64,000 nt of DNA from Candidatus Endomicrobiellum incisitermitis (GTDB lineage: Bacteria; Elusimicrobiota; Endomicrobiia; Endomicrobiales; Endomicrobiaceae): the NCBI GenBank assembly GCA_031275795.1, contig JAISOG010000005.1, positions 69-64,068 of the forward strand, in the 5' to 3' direction. Made by a program: the position numbers and the translations under genes. The notes under the pieces are model-generated. The model ran no database searches. It had not been told where the DNA came from and worked only from the letters and a program-made list of their open reading frames with translations. Shown here piece by piece: positions 63,201 through 64,000 of the stretch. Position 1 is the stretch's first letter. Each line of letters starts with the position of its first letter.

Positions 63201-64000
63201 GCTGCTATTAGGGAAAACACAGGGGACAATAGAAAATTTTAGAAGTGCGGTTAAAAAAGCAATAGAAAATGTAGGAGGGATAGAAGCACTAGATGGGAAA
63301 GTAGAAATATTTGAGTTTACAGACAAGCAAGGGAAATGGACAGGAATAAATGAGAAGAGAGAAGTAGAAGTTAGTGGAGATTTAGGAAATAATATGAAAA
63401 GTATCACAGATGTGGCAAAGAATAAGAATATAAGACGAATAATAATAGCAAATGAGATGGGAGCAACAGGAGTAGATTATCAAGGGAATTATTTAAATAT
63501 AATAGCAGATGCACATTTGATGAGTAATACAGACTTAGCGCAAGCATTAAAGAGGACAGCGCGACCGAACAATTCTTTTAGTAAAGAAGGAGGATTGCAA
63601 AGGTGGACAACAGAAAGGGTAATAATGTACGACAAAGTAAAAGTGCAAAGTGAGTTGGATGCATTTAAAAATAATGGAGTATTTGTAGAGTATGCAAAGA
63701 AGTTGTGGGAAGGAGCAAAAGCAGGTGGTAATATGGAAGATGCAAAAAGTGTCAAATGGTTAGAAGTAATGGAGAAGGGGAATTTTGACATTTCAAATGC
63801 AGAAGTTATAGAGGGTTTGTATAAGTTAAGTGGAGGATATAAAGAAGGGGATAAAATAGATACAAAAAGCCCGGAAGTTATAGATATAGCGATGAAAGAA
63901 GCGATAACATTTATATCAAAGATCCAGGATTTGAGATCAGTAGACGGGTCAATAAGATTTACAATAAATGATTCAATAAGAGACAGGATGGTATTGAGTG
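51160..64000 (+). CDS. Giant multidomain membrane protein, 3'-incomplete (more than 4,280 codons, no stop before the window end)
   Basis: ATG 51160 with GGTAGG 5 nt upstream; an in-frame TAG at 51151-51153 bounds it upstream. I translated every 60-nt line in this frame to 64000 and found no stop. It is absent from the ORF track because it has no stop in the window. Confidence 0.9.
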   Translation, partial: MNFKSKKLDYFKEHWKRQIFLKGVCMIVSACIILNIINLPAYANTQEDLRKKAFSRENKQQDVLYQKDTSFNSVSVMNSLEANIKIDKKTENIFVGKELKGFLSKEKDGQGRRKVMVHKGESFEEDEVLTAMVDNKLKGRKSSSGVETRQISQDQRSQDQRSQEQSLSVKEGESTRQQKDKSAQEQESKEEVKEETRQSQSPKEERVAKQQGAKEGVEKEAIEEARREQEQRSKQESQGEQEERETEREGSINAQEQVLQGQRDIDVEKASYTSKRVQELAESLEKEEKDRDKVIEEIAEQTGLSKEQVEEELSKLDEAQRKGVIAALAKLFGQGKDIVYCVAEVLGTVLNETNKGLLGFAAILAEAIAGIFVKNNQDLISGKSEQLMLSAQAIQTVLRKYGKEYVGIDTNIDDIIAGLNVGESAIVHVGTNHFITITKNEDGTFTKTDINKSQETLTAKELKSALEREYGLKEGQTTTVLVKDDNEKFKGIKRVDTLGEVLGAEREEYVGIEININHIIEGLNVGESVIVYVVRDRCVTITKNEDGTFTKTDNVNNTPETLTAQELKRVMVEQYDLKEEQITRVVVRADNEKFKRIVYDLSEAIGAQRQWDKSQFEGKSQEEYYRQYGEESYEKLMIQMYGTTSLSPEQSREFAAFYEKFLEAAIIDIDKTMSDEKASEESKEVAKALKTQAAKELAIIEGTLEVLREHVGVVSGQVGQVLLIQERAYPNESQGIAEGEYYQVITIYADDLKEQHSIVGSDGKSVSIESYRISRGWSISTREGVRVTRSDGSTYQVFGIGGKFEGMEVGFEYIVAYNANGTFYMDEQANIYLLNDTDRVYQAREERGSRPPTSGMYKGAAPERENWTHGKIIETESGYMIYGAGSKITVRKTSRGWEADAIGIGTEAMRGSVLRISANDPNGVAATIFLDIKEGFMVYAGNYWVPSDGFIWQYDESVTAEQIEQFIKNTISTQLGSNAEGIEEIELIYGEAVEAAKAKAKEKAEEEIEEERKKYASEIPPAQYKAAHKKEIEEKAQEYYEDIYEQEVAQTKEDFKNKKMLGAPFSTEAIFKSMGISAKIHTKAGFTYDGTKSDGDIYKLTIESATVLEIKEQDGELVTVATEDIRVKAVISEGGWELDSGGTTLTDSIKQGQVFSFATVLNNAGRQIVNTREIEIITGYEISGHDEKGNNYYDYSKPKYSKMDPGTFKVGGNSDGKYILINNLYISISKGNWEVMQEQSGSQYDKTEENCAYWHEGAQITISKRGNTFDISISKGDLTVKNLTVTLYHKMNDSSGGGDDSDDSYEGPRIEGAYITDYKELYNNMYSYKIQTGTFKGVSGEQGTQNSLGNFMFVPGSDFKKGSIIQADATRAKYDSKIKKDGSIDAYGAKWYEKLRDGIVGFFSILAFSLMTIFTLGAMIWAKEMKGMGWAKEWAAITYGYWNHVEADGSNKEAVQRGMDLGIAGLAAVAILVVAAISIAGSIFTGGASIIGAIGAVVALAGAVASSVSAINLTNSAIQAFRAGKGGQGALMLFFALLTVVLACVGAGQMGSTIASGLATLGKQFFIKMAVGAVIGAAAGAGIAAASYGIRYAIDKSKGRAEDFDWAEFGKEVGIGAITGAFAGAAAGAQVATAVAKSVAKGVAQEVAKGVGEGVAKAVGEEVAEDVSKEITKQVSKEVGEELAGSIAGKVSKDVLSQITGSLTKGVSVEVGKEVAKNVAKEVGEGVAEEVAKDVSKEVAKNVVDDLATNVAKSVEAQIVKELSGEVSKEVGEKIAKSVAEKVAKSISRSIAEKVGEEVPVGVGEIAKELILGGTSFKRQAGQTTLQFVGTVTKSVITVVSRVGMQALNGYMTYMSAKSFVDCMEKGDVLGAAKALYTLVSINIIMPVMSGHSAIKEDGTLKASDLAKEGAGDLTSTAKNTEVVTKGITIQGMSIGWKVGSVAITTVVGAGVGVGISVIIDLVSGKKIKAKDLIIGGGVGATIGFGFGALATKADWTMLGNSVKTSLAKTFAPFAGRTANLVRGADGDIVVQELSEFSGSTMVRSWVGLVGGGAIGVGIGAGIWAVKGHKKEDMARYLIVGGVGGSVVGAGFANAWSSGGYKGAWANFKANPKAVFMEAKGYLQESLVKSVTMVQEINMFNTYMAYSTGILNQIYNKITGESLANTDIVKFINKVTGMSLFKSQADIEEDTEFEKRKKKAQEKGEEFKEEGVVYKAEFGQEEANAVIEQNWGSLTSPTMYASNVVGGFLKPVLGPALQHSPILGSVMNVMESAGSVSIMQKHKIVSMFYNMGVKIRLLNIISKQVFDDPNDPEDDQIAEVLGGFAFMQMFETMAPQTMPAQTQAEAEKFLTSGQEISKMVDGNQIKVALGEEVYNSATLLKKASSKEKFEGNLKTVCSNLGLSYEVVSQEVGLGKNYNQIVSSLVIEYVLKGVSERGALPEQIQKVRSELNTIVETSPIMKQGAGLSSFDIINSISCKLNYLYASAKILELNVEGIRVESIASGSLSKGEYKKILQAQDAKETGSGVVLLMNYLSGISSVNSLPINELIGAVSEYNNKLFELKEATKATLAALKLLNLSEDQINRISEIVLKEGSVSAENKLTEGASQEISKVLGKAGTEVVVKLIVGNLERNINIGSIRNAFENVYSQRTKITIGYMMSMLATSVVSKEDPLTKELMRSLEKQLFRADTYVVYTTFRDSPALKEVGEIESLRNIIQQAKADLTSTLKSLSALKLSDMQINKINEIVLKEGAVGSDNKLTREAQEGIQEVVGSKVVTNLVVRNIEELRSIEGTKLSAEQKGQLALLEAIYMPQEISLNTAINNLVKEVASGKLSYEEFNLVIGASDILYSRVTSVEQRKKLADYRKEITVAAVNMTKEVIKETAKLQKEGQITKGEAKGFSESIRNAFNEVGKVGNISSLMGANANARRMLSSIRERDIVQVVDAQGKFLSFDTSAGKNVIEVNRIESTAKGMKINLTVDGKNIGDVVLKGNLEALSKNEKLAQAIVEKYPNMLATDIALNRALSEAIKPNLEVQANKIIEIASKAESLDADKKVTKEARIEIEEVVGSKDIANKIINSIEDGNIGGVKDVVYSSVEKIIEVLNMQEAFSKEDVNKLTEVSKKTIQELVRNKEVANNIIRSIEEVKFSDLKKALQEALSGPEALVLGEGSFRIDGEGKQIENKGYILSSQAKSAIFNLLGATNATRVIDSIDAQLNTEKIVNDIKTFKTDASQLIKLCSANVNPRAISMLFSHLEADISPPDGKIKMSLADLAILCEQTQNAIAPQLKAMINKMINDKMIDDEKEVEKAVDQLSKYLKDSSLPERETIFEQVKEKVKYSNNVENSQLYEIVNQHLDVSKIVSIAIEEIELMKGEGKSEEEIVDNANLKFVFENSGYLSPDALLPRLKLLREESAGKTRLEMIQEEFYGKGGYVEQAKGFIETNTIEVEGKKKLKEGTIDSLRAKVIAMDLEGKGTEAVNLLRITLNECMRQAVGFGIRGSQSELTTTLQNDINAALGMGGGKTVSLALDAATQRVLMGSALNLEILVGNSDLENYVGGSSQARKFFEFVGMKAVSINDFKPEGGQTNIGKLKEAYQDPNVVVIMDPTMRGHMMNEAVSRGGESGRELREVLESVNRVTVDEVHLWALTRTAAVIGGDNKPPDKGIIKKAVKIGDLINAEKIYKQIIKPGAIEKTITIEKKEVLVKRFNKEADLIEAKVEGEYIAIIGEQTASIEIRMSKGIRDVLINKIGSAPKGYTPAGMLYSVIKGLFTSSENGGMAIGEDGKVKPVGATGVQENMVINDIYSQLGFALKKGIEKRVFDIRGYMSKSTQMSNTSMQTSLAAIYSGASARMVGISGTVSGLEQLIINRTGSGKIYNITGERVDPSMFNSVMEIGTALSKEVIKENLKSLSELNLNESVINDIAEIVAKKGALDGNNKLTQEAQEEIKEIIEKAKAIKNLERNKDSIEDSISIEDRIKIISGSIGDGLRAKITNVLIKAMQDKTLSPDPALNNALLLGKTQGTIENFRSAVKKAIENVGGIEALDGKVEIFEFTDKQGKWTGINEKREVEVSGDLGNNMKSITDVAKNKNIRRIIIANEMGATGVDYQGNYLNIIADAHLMSNTDLAQALKRTARPNNSFSKEGGLQRWTTERVIMYDKVKVQSELDAFKNNGVFVEYAKKLWEGAKAGGNMEDAKSVKWLEVMEKGNFDISNAEVIEGLYKLSGGYKEGDKIDTKSPEVIDIAMKEAITFISKIQDLRSVDGSIRFTINDSIRDRMVLS
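52141..52515 (+). other. Giant ORF: putative papain-fold (C39-like) cysteine peptidase module
   Basis: FGQGKDIVYCVAEVLG (Gln then Cys341, nt 52180-52182) ... LRKYGKEYVGI ... ESAIVHVGTNHFITITKNEDGTFTKTD (His433 at nt 52456-52458, downstream Asp). This parallels the C39 order Q..C ... H(F/Y)VV ... D. Confidence 0.5.
52369..52992 (+). repeat. Giant ORF: tandem 2 x 312-nt (104-aa) duplication
   Basis: Unit 1 is EYVGIDTNIDDIIAGLNVGESAIVHVGTNHFITITKNEDGTFTKTD...DNEKFKGI...LGAERE. Unit 2 is EYVGIEININHIIEGLNVGESVIVYVVRDRCVTITKNEDGTFTKTD...DNEKFKRI...IGAQRQ. Long stretches are identical at the nucleotide level. Confidence 0.85.
55351..56040 (+). other. Giant ORF: first cluster of Gly/Ala-rich hydrophobic (TM-like) segments
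   Basis: GIVGFFSILAFSLMTIFTLGAMIW; LGIAGLAAVAILVVAAISIAGSIF; ASIIGAIGAVVALAGAVASSV; ALMLFFALLTVVLACVGAG; MAVGAVIGAAAGAGIAAA; VGIGAITGAFAGAAAGA. Confidence 0.7.
56041..56568 (+). repeat. Giant ORF: 44 consecutive 4-residue repeats [small]-x-x-[V/I/L]
   Basis: GAQV ATAV AKSV AKGV AQEV AKGV GEGV AKAV GEEV AEDV SKEI TKQV ... AEKV GEEV PVGV. Strict 12-nt periodicity with no indel over 528 nt. Confidence 0.9.
56941..57450 (+). other. Giant ORF: second cluster of glycine-zipper hydrophobic segments
   Basis: VGSVAITTVVGAGVGVGISVIIDLV; LIIGGGVGATIGFGFGALA; WVGLVGGGAIGVGIGAGIWAV; YLIVGGVGGSVVGAGFANAW. Confidence 0.7.
58876..59004 (+). repeat. Giant ORF: helical module, copy A
   Basis: LKLLNLSEDQINRISEIVLKEGSVSAENKLTEGASQEISKVLG. 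Confidence 0.8.
59356..59478 (+). repeat. Giant ORF: helical module, copy B
   Basis: LKLSDMQINKINEIVLKEGAVGSDNKLTREAQEGIQEVVGS. Confidence 0.8.
61561..63600 (+). other. Giant ORF: SecA-like DEAD-motor ATPase region (NBD1 / insert / NBD2)
   Basis: Walker A GMGGGKT (61708-61728), Walker B DEVH (62077-62088), GISGTVSG, ANEMGATGVDY (63448-63480) and QALKRTARP (63541-63567). These are collinear with the E. coli SecA motif blocks. Confidence 0.7.
62896..63018 (+). repeat. Giant ORF: helical module, copy C (inside the ATPase region)
   Basis: LNLNESVINDIAEIVAKKGALDGNNKLTQEAQEEIKEIIEK. Confidence 0.8.

Noticed and set aside
51354-63791. About 25 minus-strand ORFs listed in the track (for example 56091-57218 at 375 aa and 61944-62972 at 342 aa)
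   Set aside because: All are antisense to the uninterrupted + strand giant ORF. Their translations are low-complexity L/S/F/P/T strings with no motifs. They arise because the purine-rich sense strand makes stop codons rare on the complement.
1-64000. Alternative genetic code or stop-codon reassignment as the explanation for the very long ORF
   Set aside because: Conserved genes across the window end at TAA, TAG and TGA where expected, and use TGG for conserved Trp. The giant ORF simply contains none of the three stops in frame.
1-64000. CRISPR arrays, rRNA genes, prophage blocks
   Set aside because: Reading the intergenic regions showed no regularly spaced direct repeats, no rRNA-like sequence, and no phage structural or integrase genes.

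Overview
AT-rich bacterial chromosome segment using the standard code (TGG = Trp; TAA, TAG and TGA all end genes). All calls come from hand translation and motif recognition; no database search was run. Most genes are housekeeping operons on the + strand: zapA-rarA-MTHFS-rny; xseAB-ispA-dxs-tlyA; leuS-lptE-holA (diderm-type synteny); a MoxR/DUF58/BatA-D aerotolerance cluster; an anaerobe-style oxidative-stress and Fe-S block (rubredoxin, IscS-like, IscU, flavodiiron protein, superoxide reductase, rubrerythrin); pgi-rlmN; tRNA-Tyr/Gly/Thr-tuf-rpmG-tRNA-Trp-secE-nusG-rplKA; rimP-nusA-infB-rbfA-nrnA-truB-ribF; ftsW/rodA; an ABC-F ATPase; and tRNA-Val. Interspersed are three MNT/HEPN toxin-antitoxin-like pairs, decayed IS fragments of several families (IS110, rve/DDE, IS256), and a roughly 190-bp long-hairpin repeat family. 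The main result is at the right end. From ATG 51160 to the window edge (64000) one frame stays open for 4,280 codons. The ORF track omits it because it has no stop inside the window, and lists only pyrimidine-rich antisense shadow ORFs there. The encoded giant protein reads, in order: N-terminal signal anchor, charged linker, papain/C39-like Cys-His module with a tandem 104-aa duplication, a long beta-looking region, two glycine-zipper transmembrane clusters flanking 44 uninterrupted x-x-x-[V/I/L] tetrads, a helical region with a recurring ~40-60-aa module, and a SecA-like (NBD1 / insert / NBD2) ATPase. It is translationally coupled to a small membrane ORF, lies next to tRNA-Val and IS debris, and shares a T-poor, A/G-ending codon dialect with tuf only. 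Its true length and function are unknown.
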